A stretch of 64,000 nucleotides of DNA from Gemmatimonadota bacterium. GTDB lineage: Bacteria > Gemmatimonadota > Gemmatimonadetes > Palauibacterales > KS3-K002. Position numbers and translations under genes: made by a program. Under the pieces are notes generated by a model. That model ran no database searches, was not told the DNA's origin, and worked only from the letters and a program-made list of their open reading frames with translations. The stretch spans positions 1 through 64,000 of the forward strand of contig JBDHJS010000006.1 in NCBI GenBank assembly GCA_039586795.1. The letters are read 5' to 3'. Below are positions 8,591 through 18,193 of this stretch, piece by piece; position 1 is the stretch's first letter; every line of letters begins with the position of its first letter.

Positions 8591-10198
8591 CTAGGTATCG
8601 GGGTGGTTGAGATCCCACCACTCCCGGGCGCGCTCTTGAGTCCAGGAATTGCCTGCGGCGATAGCGCCCAGCCTCGCGTCGAGAACCTCCGCCGACTCGG
8701 GCCGCTCGGACTTGTCTTTGCGCAGACACTCAAGAATCAGATCGTCCAGTTCCGACGGGACCTCCAGCTCGGCGTACTTCGATGGAGGAGAGGGTTCTTG
8801 CCGTACGTGGTGGACCAGCATCGCGAGCGCCGTGGGTGCATCGAATACGGTGCGACCCGTGAGAAGCCAGAACGCGACGCAGGCCAGTGAGTAGATGTCG
8901 GATCGGGCATCGATCGGATCGCCATCCGTAGCGGCTTCGGGAGAGCTGTAGGCGGGTGTGCCGGCGAAGAGGCCGGCCTCCGTTAGCTCCGTTTCCCGCG
9001 CCGCGGCCTGTCCGACGTGCTTGACGAGTCCGAAGTCGAGCACCTTCACGAAGTCGTGCTCGCGACCGTAACGACAGACGAAGATGTTGGCCGGCTTGAT
9101 GTCGCGGTGCACCATGCCGTGTGCGTGGGCCTCCGAAAGCGAATCGCAGGCCTGGCGGAGGATGTGAATCACTCGCTCCGCGGGAAGTGGGCCATAGTCT
9201 TGCACCAGCCGCTGAAGACTCATTCCTTCCAGCAGTTCCATCACGTAGTAAAACGTTCGATCGGCTGTGAAGCCGTAATCGTACACGACCACCGTATGTG
9301 GAGAGCGCAGCTCGGCTGTCGCCCGCACTTCTCTCTCGAACCGCCGTATCGCGCTGCCCGATGTGCGGTCCAATCCAGCCGTTCCGGCGTTGCCGCGAAC
9401 AAGCTTGATAGCCGCGGGCCGAGCCAACATCTGATGCTCCGCCTTCCATACTTCTCCCATACCGCCTTCGCCCAGCCGCTCCACGAGACGGTAGCTGCCC
9501 ATGCGGCGGGCCTCAGCGATGTCCGATCCGTAGCTCCAAACGATTCGTGCCCCGACGATCGCTATGGCGGCGCACACGTAGTTCGGCAGCACGAGATCGA
9601 GGAGCACTCCCGCGTCGACACCCGCCGCGGCGAACGGGACACCCTGAAGGGCGAGCACGACAAGCACCAGCGGGCGTACGGAAGCAGAGACCAGCGCCGC
9701 GACGGTCGCTCGGGCCGGAGTGGCCGGCACGATGAGAGGGAAGGCGATGATCCACGGGCACGTCCACGAAATACCGTTGATGGCGAACGAGCCGTCCTCC
9801 GGCCAAAGGCCGAAGGTCGGCCACCAGAGCAAGTCGATCTCGATCCCGATGGCGCCGACGACCTGGTAGATCAACCCGATTTCAAGCAGTCGATACGGAT
9901 TCACTCGGCCGCTCACGGCCAGTACGGCCAGTGCGAACACCAGCAGCGATATCCCGATGACTAGCGCGGCGACGACGTCGGGATTCAGCACCGCGCCTTC
10001 CCAGTCCCGAGGAAGGTCCTCCAGCACCCGCGAAGAGATGTAAAGAAGGGTGTAAGCGGCGGCGTAGGCGAAGGACATGATCGCGAGCCGCTTGCCGGCT
10101 TTTGCCGCGAGGTCGGCCAGCAGACCCGCGTCGCCTGTCGTGGTCATACCGACGACAGAGGTTCCGGAATCCGGTGGGCGCTGGATCTCTCGGTTCAC
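8591..10198 (-). CDS. Hanks-type Ser/Thr protein kinase with N-terminal multi-TM domain
   Basis: LGEGGMGEVW, AIK, HRDIKPAN, DFG, GTPAYSSPE, SDIYSL; AGGAGG RBS before GTG. Confidence 0.93.
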   Translation of the reverse strand: MNREIQRPPDSGTSVVGMTTTGDAGLLADLAAKAGKRLAIMSFAYAAAYTLLYISSRVLEDLPRDWEGAVLNPDVVAALVIGISLLVFALAVLAVSGRVNPYRLLEIGLIYQVVGAIGIEIDLLWWPTFGLWPEDGSFAINGISWTCPWIIAFPLIVPATPARATVAALVSASVRPLVLVVLALQGVPFAAAGVDAGVLLDLVLPNYVCAAIAIVGARIVWSYGSDIAEARRMGSYRLVERLGEGGMGEVWKAEHQMLARPAAIKLVRGNAGTAGLDRTSGSAIRRFEREVRATAELRSPHTVVVYDYGFTADRTFYYVMELLEGMSLQRLVQDYGPLPAERVIHILRQACDSLSEAHAHGMVHRDIKPANIFVCRYGREHDFVKVLDFGLVKHVGQAAARETELTEAGLFAGTPAYSSPEAATDGDPIDARSDIYSLACVAFWLLTGRTVFDAPTALAMLVHHVRQEPSPPSKYAELEVPSELDDLILECLRKDKSERPESAEVLDARLGAIAAGNSWTQERAREWWDLNHPDT

Positions 10199-10361
10199 GT
10201 CGTACCTATTGCAGCACGAGTGTGGAATGCGTTTCGGTTGGGCGCTCGCTGCGAAGATACGATATCCAGCGGGTTACGTGAAGCCGGAGTCGCTGCTGCC
10301 GACCTCGAGCGGCGGAAAGAGAAATGACAGGAACAAGGTAAGTTGTTACGTTTCAACGCAC

Positions 10362-10445
10362 GGAGGGCTAGACCTAATTGGCAAGGCAGCGGTCTTGAAA
10401 ACCGCCGGGAGCAATCCCTTCCGGGTTCGAATCCCGGGCCCTCCG
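10362..10445 (+). tRNA. tRNA-Ser(TGA), CCA not encoded
   Basis: GGAGGGC/GCCCTCC acceptor stem, GCGGT-CTTGAAA-ACCGC anticodon arm, long variable arm, GGTTCGAATCC, G discriminator. Confidence 0.92.
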
Positions 10446-10453
10446 CTCAAAGC

Positions 10454-10546
10454 CAGCCCTCATCCTCAACACCAGGGTACTTTACCGTTGAGCGATGAGG
10501 GCTGAGTTGTTGATGAGTGTGATCGAACCTTACACGTCAGTACTTA
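10454..10546. repeat. Palindromic intergenic element, family B copy 1
   Basis: cagccctcatcctcaac...gttgagcgatgagggctg inverted repeat; 37-nt core shared with 62181-62217 (1 mismatch). Confidence 0.8.
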
Positions 10547-10768
10547 GTCATTGATCAGGTCAGCCAACCCCGCCTCCAAATCCTGCATATTCTCCACTTC
10601 AGTATAAAACAGAGGCGACGCATCGATATCGTTCTCCTGATTGTGCCGCAGCACCGCGCCCGCCGCGCCGGGAGGCGAATACCCCGACGCAAAGAACGCG
10701 ATGCACAGCGCCAGCGCCAGCAGCCCGACGAAGAACCGGACCCAATCCTCAAGACGATTCCTCGACAC
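10544..10768 (-). CDS. Small membrane-anchored hypothetical protein
   Basis: GTG start 2 nt after upstream stop; one TM helix; C-terminal IDASPLFYTE. Confidence 0.6.
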   Translation of the reverse strand: MSRNRLEDWVRFFVGLLALALCIAFFASGYSPPGAAGAVLRHNQENDIDASPLFYTEVENMQDLEAGLADLIND

Positions 10769-10769
10769 G

Positions 10770-12089
10770 CTATCCCACCGCGTTCGGGAACAACACCATG
10801 AACGCCAGCCACGCAACGACAAGCGTCAGCACCAGGTTGAACGACTGCCCAACGACGTACAACACCAGCGGCTTACCCCGCTCCATATTCCCGGCCAAGT
10901 CGCGGAAGTTCGACTCCAGCCCGATCGCCACGAACGCCAAACAGAAGAACCAGCCCCGCGCCACACGCGTCACCGGGTTGATGAACGTCGACTCGACCAG
11001 CGCGAAGTCACCCTGGTTCATCGGTACAACCAGGAACGAAAACAGGATCGATGCGGCCACGAACCCGATGACGAACTTCGGGAATCGATACCAGATCTCT
11101 CGGGCGTCCGCTTTCTGACCCGGCTCCCGGTCGACCCGAGTTACCCAGTAGAGCGCGATGGCGAACGCCAGCACGCCGATCATCACGTTCTGGATCATCT
11201 TCACCACCGCCGCTACCTGCTCGGCCACCGGCCCCAGCATCGAGCCCGCCGCCACCACCGCGCCCGTCGAGTCGATCGTGCCGCCCATCCAGGCAGCGCC
11301 CAGCACGTGGTTCATGCCGACCCAGTCGATGGCCAGCGGCATGAAGAACATCATCAGAACCGTGAAGATGAGCGTCATACCTACCGCCAGCGTCAGGTCG
11401 TCCTTCTTCGCGCGACACGCCGCGGCGGCGGCGATAGCGGCGGACACCCCGCACACGCTCGTCGCACAGGCGATGATGATCGCCAGCTTCTTGTTCACCA
11501 TCTTCAGGACGCGGTTGGCGAACATGAACATGAAGATCACGACGGTCGGCGTGACGATCCACGCCACCATCAGTCCTGGCACGCCCATCGAGATGATTTT
11601 CTTGAACAGGATCTCCGCTCCCAGCAGCACCAATCCGGTCTTGATGAACAGCTCGGTCTTCGCGCCCGCCTTCAGCCACTGCGGCGTGCCGACGGTGTTC
11701 GAGATCAGCAAGCCGACCAGCAATGCCCACAGCGCGTAGCTCAGTCCCCAGTAGCGGATGTTCGTTTGATTCGCGATCCAGTAGGAGAGACAGGCGAGGA
11801 AGAAGACACCGACAAACCCCAGAGCGTAGCGACCGGGCGGCTCCGACTTCATAACGGCGATGCCGACGGTCGTGAGCACGGCCAGGCCGAGCATCAGGGC
11901 CAGCAGCGCCAGAAAGATCGTTCCATCGTCCGAGCCGACACCGAAGGCCGTGAGCGGGTCGTCCGTCCATCTGCCGATCCTGGGTACTCGAATGACGAGA
12001 CGAGTTAGGCTGGCGATGATCAGCAGGAACCCGAACCACACCGCCCACCAGTCTTCTTCCTTCCACAGAGCGCTGATGCCCTTGACCAT
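10770..12089 (-). CDS. YeiH/putative sulfate exporter family membrane protein
   Basis: IKTGLVLLG, SVCGVSAAIA, GGTIDSTGAV, VKMIQN, FPKFVIGF, IGLESN. Confidence 0.88.
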   Translation of the reverse strand: MVKGISALWKEEDWWAVWFGFLLIIASLTRLVIRVPRIGRWTDDPLTAFGVGSDDGTIFLALLALMLGLAVLTTVGIAVMKSEPPGRYALGFVGVFFLACLSYWIANQTNIRYWGLSYALWALLVGLLISNTVGTPQWLKAGAKTELFIKTGLVLLGAEILFKKIISMGVPGLMVAWIVTPTVVIFMFMFANRVLKMVNKKLAIIIACATSVCGVSAAIAAAAACRAKKDDLTLAVGMTLIFTVLMMFFMPLAIDWVGMNHVLGAAWMGGTIDSTGAVVAAGSMLGPVAEQVAAVVKMIQNVMIGVLAFAIALYWVTRVDREPGQKADAREIWYRFPKFVIGFVAASILFSFLVVPMNQGDFALVESTFINPVTRVARGWFFCLAFVAIGLESNFRDLAGNMERGKPLVLYVVGQSFNLVLTLVVAWLAFMVLFPNAVG

Positions 12090-12302
12090 GAGAAAACCCC
12101 CGCACGGAGATAGGAGCTGCAGACGCCAGTTCCGACGCACGTCGCGCCGACCGTCCAGGCAACAGATCCAACCGCACGAGGGTCAGGTCTTCCAGCAGAG
12201 ACTTATCAATTCTCGTACCACCCGTAAAGTAGTCACTGGTGGTTGATGTCGACTCGCCCTTTCGCTATCTCGGGACATATTGATACACTCTGGTCAACGA
12301 TC

Positions 12303-12716
12303 ATGAGCACATTTGCTGGAGTCCCGGTCGACGAGATCGAGTTCCGCGCCTCACGGGCCAGCGGTCCCGGGGGCCAGAACATCAACAAGCGATCGACGCG
12401 GGTCGAGGCGCGCTGGAATGTACTGGAGAGCGCGGTTCTCACTGACACACAGCGCCAGCAGATCCTGAGGAAGCTGGCGACCCGGATCAGCGCTGAAGGA
12501 GTCATGCGGGTCGTTGCCTATCGGGAACGGACGCAGCGTCGGAACCGGGAGCTGGCCGTCGAACGCCTCCAGGAGCTGGTGAAGGAAGCACTCGTCGAGC
12601 GAAAGCCGCGCAAGAAGAAGAAACCTTCCGCGGCGTCCAAGGAAGCACGGCTGGAGAGCAAGCGACGTCGGAGCCGGAAGAAGGAATTGCGACGTCGACC
12701 TTCGGCTGAAGAGTAG
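12303..12716 (+). CDS. arfB: Alternative ribosome rescue peptidyl-tRNA hydrolase
   Basis: RASGPGGQNINK GGQ motif, RTQRRN, basic C-terminal tail. Confidence 0.92.
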   Translation: MSTFAGVPVDEIEFRASRASGPGGQNINKRSTRVEARWNVLESAVLTDTQRQQILRKLATRISAEGVMRVVAYRERTQRRNRELAVERLQELVKEALVERKPRKKKKPSAASKEARLESKRRRSRKKELRRRPSAEE

Positions 12717-12749
12717 CTCGTAACGTTCTGTACTTAGCGAATCGATACC

Positions 12750-13562
12750 ATGACAACTTTCTGGGACAGGAACGTGCTGATCACCGGCGCCGCCAGCGGC
12801 ATCGGTCGCCTGCTGGCTTGGAAGATCGCCGGCCGCGGTGCCCGCGTAATCCTCTGGGACATCGATGAAGACGGTCTCCAGGAAACGACGGCAGGGCTCA
12901 AGGAGCTGGATCATCCCGCGACCGTGCAGCGGGTCGATCTCTCCGACCGTGCCGCCATCGGTGACGCGGCGGAGCGCGTCCTGGCCGACCACGGACACGT
13001 CGACGTCCTGATCAACAATGCGGGTATCGTCACCGGCAAGCCGCTGCTCGACATCTCCGACGAGGAGATCGAGCGCACTTTCGACGTGAACACGCTGGCC
13101 CACTTCTGGACCGTCCGCGCCTTTCTGCCCTCGATGATCGAGAAGGGCAGCGGCCATATCGTGACGATCGCTTCCGCCGGCGGCCTGGTCGCCGCCCCCA
13201 GGCTGGCCGATTACAGCGCCAGCAAGTTCGCCGCCGTCGGTTTCGATGAAGCGCTGCGCCTGGAGCTGGCGCAACAGAAAGCCGACATCAAGACAACCCT
13301 GGTCTGCCCCTACTACTCCAGCACCGGCATGTTCGACGGCGTGCAGACCCGTTTCCCGTGGCTGCTGCCGATACTCGACCCCGAGTACGTTGCCAACCGA
13401 ACGGTGAAAGCCATCGAGAAGAACCGCCGTCGCCTCATCATGCCGCGCTTCACCTACACATCGTTCCCGCTCCGCATCCTACCTGTCGCCTGGTTCGATG
13501 CCCTGATCGGCTTCTTCGGCGTCAGCCACAGCATGGACGATTTCACCGGCCGCAACGAATAA
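12750..13562 (+). CDS. SDR family oxidoreductase
   Basis: TGAASGIG, NNAG, YSASK. Confidence 0.93.
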   Translation: MTTFWDRNVLITGAASGIGRLLAWKIAGRGARVILWDIDEDGLQETTAGLKELDHPATVQRVDLSDRAAIGDAAERVLADHGHVDVLINNAGIVTGKPLLDISDEEIERTFDVNTLAHFWTVRAFLPSMIEKGSGHIVTIASAGGLVAAPRLADYSASKFAAVGFDEALRLELAQQKADIKTTLVCPYYSSTGMFDGVQTRFPWLLPILDPEYVANRTVKAIEKNRRRLIMPRFTYTSFPLRILPVAWFDALIGFFGVSHSMDDFTGRNE

Positions 13563-13617
13563 GGCTTGGGGAAGAGTGAGCGGCGATCTGAGCTGGTCCA
13601 TAGTCGATAGGGAGGGA

Positions 13618-13677
13618 TCGGGGGACCGACGAGCGGTCCCCCGAGCCCGACCAACGCCGGAGCGAGCGGTCCCCCGT
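13618..13677. repeat. GC-rich hairpin with a duplicated arm (REP-like)
   Basis: cgggggaccg-acgag-cggtcccccg stem; cgagcggtcccccg repeated directly downstream. Confidence 0.5.
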
Positions 13678-13792
13678 CGCCGCACCCCACCGCGCACCGC
13701 GAAACCCTCCAGCCAGTCAAATCGTAGGGTATCCCATCGTGCGATTGGGCCCAGCTAGGCCCCAAAACCCAACTACCAGCAGGGCAGGTCTC

Positions 13793-16213
13793 ATGGGATC
13801 CCTTCTAAAGGATATCCGCTACGGCGCCCGTATGATCCTCAAGAACCCCGGGCTCGCCGCTATCGCAGTCATAGCTCTCACCCTCGGCATCGGCCTCACA
13901 ACGACGATGTTCAGCATCGTCTACGGCGCCCTCTATCGGGGTCTCCCGTTCGAGGAGCCGCACCGGCTGATGCACATCGAGCGCAACAACCTGGCCGAAG
14001 ACATCGAGAGCATGGAAGTCACGATCCACGATTTCGTGGACTGGCGTGAGCAACAGACCACGTTCCAGGGGATCGCCGGCTTCTATCAGGGGACGGTGAA
14101 CGTCGCGGGCAACGAGGGGCGACCGGACCGCTACGACGGCGCCTTCATCAGCGCCAACGCCTTCCAGATGATCGGCGTGCAGCCGGTCATCGGGCGCACC
14201 TTCCGGGAGGGGGAGGACAGTCCTGACGCCGAACCCGTTATCATGCTCGGCTACAACGCGTGGCGCGATCGCTACGCCCTCGATCCCGATGTCGTCGGTC
14301 GGGTCATCCGCGTGAATGGCGAGCAATCGACCATCGTTGGCGTCATGCCGGAGGGCTTCGCGTTCCCCATCGCCGAAGAGGTCTGGGTGCCATTGAGGAT
14401 GGACCCGCTGGAGTTGGAGCGCGGGGAAGGGCTCACGCTGGAGGTGTTCGGCCGTCTCAAGGACGGCCTGAACGTCGATCAGGCCAACGCCGAATACGCG
14501 GCCATCGCCAACCGGCTCGCGCTGGAGTACCCGGAGACCAACGAGGGTGTTGGCGTCATCATCAAGCCGTACACCGAGGAGTACATCGGCGAGGAGCCGG
14601 CGCGACTGCTGTGGGTGATGCTTGGCGCCGTGTTCGGCGTGCTGCTCATCGCCTGCTTCAACGTCGCCAACCTGCTGTTGGCGCGGGCAACGCTGCGTAG
14701 CAAAGAGGTTGCCGTTCGCACCGCGTTGGGCGCCAGCCGCTGGAAGGTGATGTCGCAGCTGCTCACCGAGACCATCGTCCTCGCGTCCATCGGCGGATTG
14801 TTCGGTCTTGGCGTCGGTTGGATCGGCGTCACCTTATTCAATCGCGCTATCGTCGATACCGATCCGCCCTTCTGGATTGATATCCGCATCGACCCCGTCG
14901 CTGTCGTGTTCGTCATCGGGCTGGTGCTGGTCTCCGCGATCATCGCCGGAATCTTCCCGTCGTTCCAGGCCTCCGGTACCAACGTGAACGAGATCCTCAA
15001 GGACGAAAGCCGAGGCTCGTCCAGCTTGCGGATCGGCAAGTTCTCAAAGGGGCTGGTCGTGATGGAGGTCGCGCTGTCGTTCGGTCTGCTGGTGGCGGCG
15101 GGCCTGATGATCCGGAGTGTGACGAAGCTCCGCAGCATCGACTATGGGTTCCCGACCGAGCACGTCTTCACGGCGCGTGTCGGTCTGTTCGAGGGCGATT
15201 ACCCGGACGACCCGAGCCGCGTGCGCTTCTTCGAGGAAGTCCAGGAACGCTTGGGCGGCATGCCCGGCGTCCGCGTCTCCGCGATCTCCACCAACCTCCC
15301 GGGTTTGGGGAGCGGTCGCTGGCGGATCGGCATCGAAGGGGAGACCTACGATCGAGATCAGGACTACCCGCTCGCCCGCAGCAACACGGTGTCGCCGGGC
15401 TACTTCGCTGCGTTCGACGCGACCATCCTGCAGGGACGCGATTTCACCGTGCAGGACCAGGAGGAAGCGCTGCCGGTCACCATCGTCAACCAGAGCTTCG
15501 TCGACAAGTTCTTCCCCGGCGAGAGCCCGCTCGGCAGGCGGTTCCGGGTCGGCGCCTCCGAATCCGAAGAGCCTTGGTTGATGGTCGTCGGCGTCGTGCC
15601 TGACATGTACATGGGCGGTCCTGACAACGAATTCCCGGAAGGCTTCTACCTGCCGATGCAGCAGAACGTGGCCCGCTTCATGTTCATGATCGCCCGAACC
15701 GACGGAAACGCCATGTCGCTGGCGCCCACCGTCCGGGACGAGATCGTCGCCATCGACGAGAACCTGCCGATCTACTGGGTCCGCACGCTGGCGGGAGCCA
15801 TCGCCGAGAGCACCTGGTTCTACACTGTGTTCGGAACCCTATTCGTGGTGTTCGGGGCGGTCGCCCTCTTCCTGGCGGCGATCGGGCTTTATGGCGTCAT
15901 TTCGTTCGCGGTCAGCCAGCGCACCAAGGAAGTGGGTGTCCGCATGGCGCTCGGCGCCGAGCGAGGTGATGTGATGCGGCTGGTGCTCAAGCAGGGCCTG
16001 TGGCAACTCACCATCGGCATAGTCCTCGGTCTGGGCCTCGGTTGGCTACTCTCCCGCGGCCTCCAGGACATCCTCTTCGAAGTCGAGGCGATGGATCCCA
16101 TGACGTTCGTCTCCATCGCCATAGTGTTGATGGCGACCGGACTGCTGGCGTCGGCGGTACCTGCGCGAAGGGCGACGCGGGTGGATCCGATGGTGGCGCT
16201 GAGGTACGAGTAG
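13793..16213 (+). CDS. ABC permease, duplicated MacB/FtsX (ADOP-type), no ATPase adjacent
   Basis: LKDIRYGARM start, LLIACFNVANLLL, EVAVRTALGA, VRMALGA, DPMVALRYE end. Confidence 0.9.
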   Translation: MGSLLKDIRYGARMILKNPGLAAIAVIALTLGIGLTTTMFSIVYGALYRGLPFEEPHRLMHIERNNLAEDIESMEVTIHDFVDWREQQTTFQGIAGFYQGTVNVAGNEGRPDRYDGAFISANAFQMIGVQPVIGRTFREGEDSPDAEPVIMLGYNAWRDRYALDPDVVGRVIRVNGEQSTIVGVMPEGFAFPIAEEVWVPLRMDPLELERGEGLTLEVFGRLKDGLNVDQANAEYAAIANRLALEYPETNEGVGVIIKPYTEEYIGEEPARLLWVMLGAVFGVLLIACFNVANLLLARATLRSKEVAVRTALGASRWKVMSQLLTETIVLASIGGLFGLGVGWIGVTLFNRAIVDTDPPFWIDIRIDPVAVVFVIGLVLVSAIIAGIFPSFQASGTNVNEILKDESRGSSSLRIGKFSKGLVVMEVALSFGLLVAAGLMIRSVTKLRSIDYGFPTEHVFTARVGLFEGDYPDDPSRVRFFEEVQERLGGMPGVRVSAISTNLPGLGSGRWRIGIEGETYDRDQDYPLARSNTVSPGYFAAFDATILQGRDFTVQDQEEALPVTIVNQSFVDKFFPGESPLGRRFRVGASESEEPWLMVVGVVPDMYMGGPDNEFPEGFYLPMQQNVARFMFMIARTDGNAMSLAPTVRDEIVAIDENLPIYWVRTLAGAIAESTWFYTVFGTLFVVFGAVALFLAAIGLYGVISFAVSQRTKEVGVRMALGAERGDVMRLVLKQGLWQLTIGIVLGLGLGWLLSRGLQDILFEVEAMDPMTFVSIAIVLMATGLLASAVPARRATRVDPMVALRYE

Positions 16214-16295
16214 ACAGTAGACGGTAGACGGTAGACGGTACGCCGAACAGCCACCGTCTACCGTCTACCGTCCACTGTCTACCACCTACCACCCA
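16210..16295. repeat. Heptamer-repeat hairpin (GTAGACG)n / (CCGTCTA)n
   Basis: gtagaca gtagacg x3 ... ccgtcta x2 ccgtcca ctgtcta ccaccta ccaccca. Confidence 0.85.
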
Positions 16296-16373
16296 CCCGT
16301 GACAATCCCGCGCGGCCGACTATCTTATCCCATCACCAACACCAACCGGCGCACAATGAGCCGGCAACCACGG

Positions 16374-16463
16374 GGAGAGGTGGCCGAGCGGCTTAAGGCG
16401 GCACCCTGCTAAGGTGTTGGGGGCGTAAGCCCCTCGTGGGTTCGAATCCCACCCTCTCCGCCA
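16374..16463 (+). tRNA. tRNA-Ser(GCT)
   Basis: GGAGAGG acceptor, GCACC-CTGCTAA-GGTGT, long variable arm, GGTTCGAATCC, GCCA end. Confidence 0.95.
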
Positions 16464-16540
16464 TATGTGATTTCGTTCGACGGGCTGCGTCTCCAGCGAG
16501 GCACAGCCCGTCCCTGCGTACAGCCTGACTGGACGGTCCG

Positions 16541-17983
16541 ATGGCAGATTCGCCACGCGTTCGATTCGCGCCCAGCCCCACCGGCTTTCTCCATGTGGGT
16601 GGAGCGCGTACCGCGCTCTTCAATTGGCTCTTCGCACGTCACGAGGGCGGTATCTTGGTTCTTCGCATCGAGGACACGGATCGCGAACGGAGTCAGTCGG
16701 AATTGACTCGGGCGATCCTCGATGGGCTGAGCTGGTTGGGTATCACGTGGGACGAAGGACCTTATCACCAGGCCGACGGCATCGAGCGTCACCGCGCCGA
16801 CGTTCGGCGTCTCCTCGATTCCGGCGCCGCCTACCGATGCTTTTGCACGCCTGAACAGCTGGAAGAGATGCGCGACGTGGCCCGTGAGAAGGGCAGGGCC
16901 GCCGCCTACGACGGGCGCTGTAGAGACATTCCTTCGGATGAGGCGGAGCGACGCGCCGGCACCGAACCCTTCACGGTCCGCTTCCGGATGCCGGGCGGTG
17001 ATACCGTCTGGGAAGACATCGTCGGCGGCACCGTGCGGTTCAAGAACTCGGATATCGAGGACTTCATCATCCTGAGAACCGACGGCACTCCGACGTACAA
17101 TCTCGCCGTCGTGTCGGACGATCTGGAGATGCGGATCAGCCATGTCGTACGTGGGGCAGATCACGTTTCTAATACCCCTAAGCAGATCCAGATCTACCGA
17201 GCGTTGGGCTTAGAACCGCCTATCTTCTGCCATGTGCCGTTGATCATGGGTCCGGACGGCAAGCGACTGTCAAAACGGCACGGCGCTACCGCCGTGGGTG
17301 AGTATCGGACGTCCGGTTTTCTATCGAGTGGGATGAACAACTTCCTCGCGCTGCTCGGATGGTCGCCGAAAGATGACACCGAAGTGATGGAAGTCGATGA
17401 GTTGATCGCGCGCTTTTCACTCGATCGCATCAACGTGAAACCAGCCGTCTTCGATCATGAAAAGCTCGAGTGGCTGAACGGTCAGCACATCGCGAACACA
17501 TCGAGTCGACGACTGGCGGAATTGGTGGGATCGACTCTAATAAAGACAGGTGTGACCACCGAAGAAGAACTGAAGACGCGGAGCGAATGGTTTGACAGCG
17601 TACTTGATCTCGTCAAAACTCGCGCGCGAACTTTGAACGAATTGTGCGAACGCGTGCGACCGTTCTTTTCCATCGATGTGGAGTTCGATCCCGCCGCGGT
17701 GAAGAAACATTGGAAGCATCCAGAAGAAGTCATCGATCGACTTTCAAAACTTCGTTCCGAACTATCGAAAGAAGATGAATGGAACGAGGAAGAGCTGGAG
17801 TCGCAACTCCGTGTCCTGGCTGAACTTATGGGCGTGGGTGCCGGCAAGCTCATCCACCCGCTGCGTGTTGCGATCACCGGCTCGGCGGTGAGTCCTGGCA
17901 TCTTTGAAGTGATGATCGTCATGGGTCGCGAGCTCGTTTTGTCACGAATCGACTCCGCGATTCGTCATCTTGAGGGTGCTTGA
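16541..17983 (+). CDS. gltX: Glutamate--tRNA ligase
   Basis: RFAPSPTGFLHVG, LRIEDTD, RGADH, RLSKR. Confidence 0.96.
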   Translation: MADSPRVRFAPSPTGFLHVGGARTALFNWLFARHEGGILVLRIEDTDRERSQSELTRAILDGLSWLGITWDEGPYHQADGIERHRADVRRLLDSGAAYRCFCTPEQLEEMRDVAREKGRAAAYDGRCRDIPSDEAERRAGTEPFTVRFRMPGGDTVWEDIVGGTVRFKNSDIEDFIILRTDGTPTYNLAVVSDDLEMRISHVVRGADHVSNTPKQIQIYRALGLEPPIFCHVPLIMGPDGKRLSKRHGATAVGEYRTSGFLSSGMNNFLALLGWSPKDDTEVMEVDELIARFSLDRINVKPAVFDHEKLEWLNGQHIANTSSRRLAELVGSTLIKTGVTTEEELKTRSEWFDSVLDLVKTRARTLNELCERVRPFFSIDVEFDPAAVKKHWKHPEEVIDRLSKLRSELSKEDEWNEEELESQLRVLAELMGVGAGKLIHPLRVAITGSAVSPGIFEVMIVMGRELVLSRIDSAIRHLEGA

Positions 17984-18008
17984 CGGAAAAGCGGATACAT
18001 CCTAAACT
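17980..18008 (+). promoter_or_regulatory. Putative sigma70 promoter upstream of LexA-like gene
   Basis: TTGACG-N17-TAAACT. Confidence 0.6.
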
Positions 18009-18036
18009 GCATCTCGCGCACGTACTAATAAAAAAT

Positions 18037-18193
18037 CCGGGAGAAGGTCGGCGAGTTACTCGCCTATTGTCATAGACAGTATCTCTCCCCCCTTTGAGAG
18101 AGACTCGCCCATAACGGAGCGGTCCCCTGTGGTCGTTCCGATATCCGCAGCTTCCTGGTTCTCGGCCAGGTGGCATGGGTAGGAGTCGCTCTC
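18037..18193 (+). ncRNA. Candidate structured 5' leader RNA (unassigned)
   Basis: Multiple nested stems by eye, see findings; no known Rfam motif recognised. Confidence 0.4.

Noticed and set aside
10362..10445. Possible tRNA-Sec given selD nearby
   Set aside because: Anticodon is TGA (Ser), not TCA, and the acceptor stem is a normal 7 bp
10641..12008. Long antisense or alternate-frame ORFs (e.g. 10641-12008, 20598-22166, 46575-48059, 51014-52828, 62288-63451)
   Set aside because: Shadow ORFs opposite well-supported genes, as expected in high-GC DNA; no recognisable motifs
18037..18193. 6S RNA or SRP RNA
   Set aside because: Branched fold rather than a long rod with central bubble; no SRP GGAA tetraloop motif recognised
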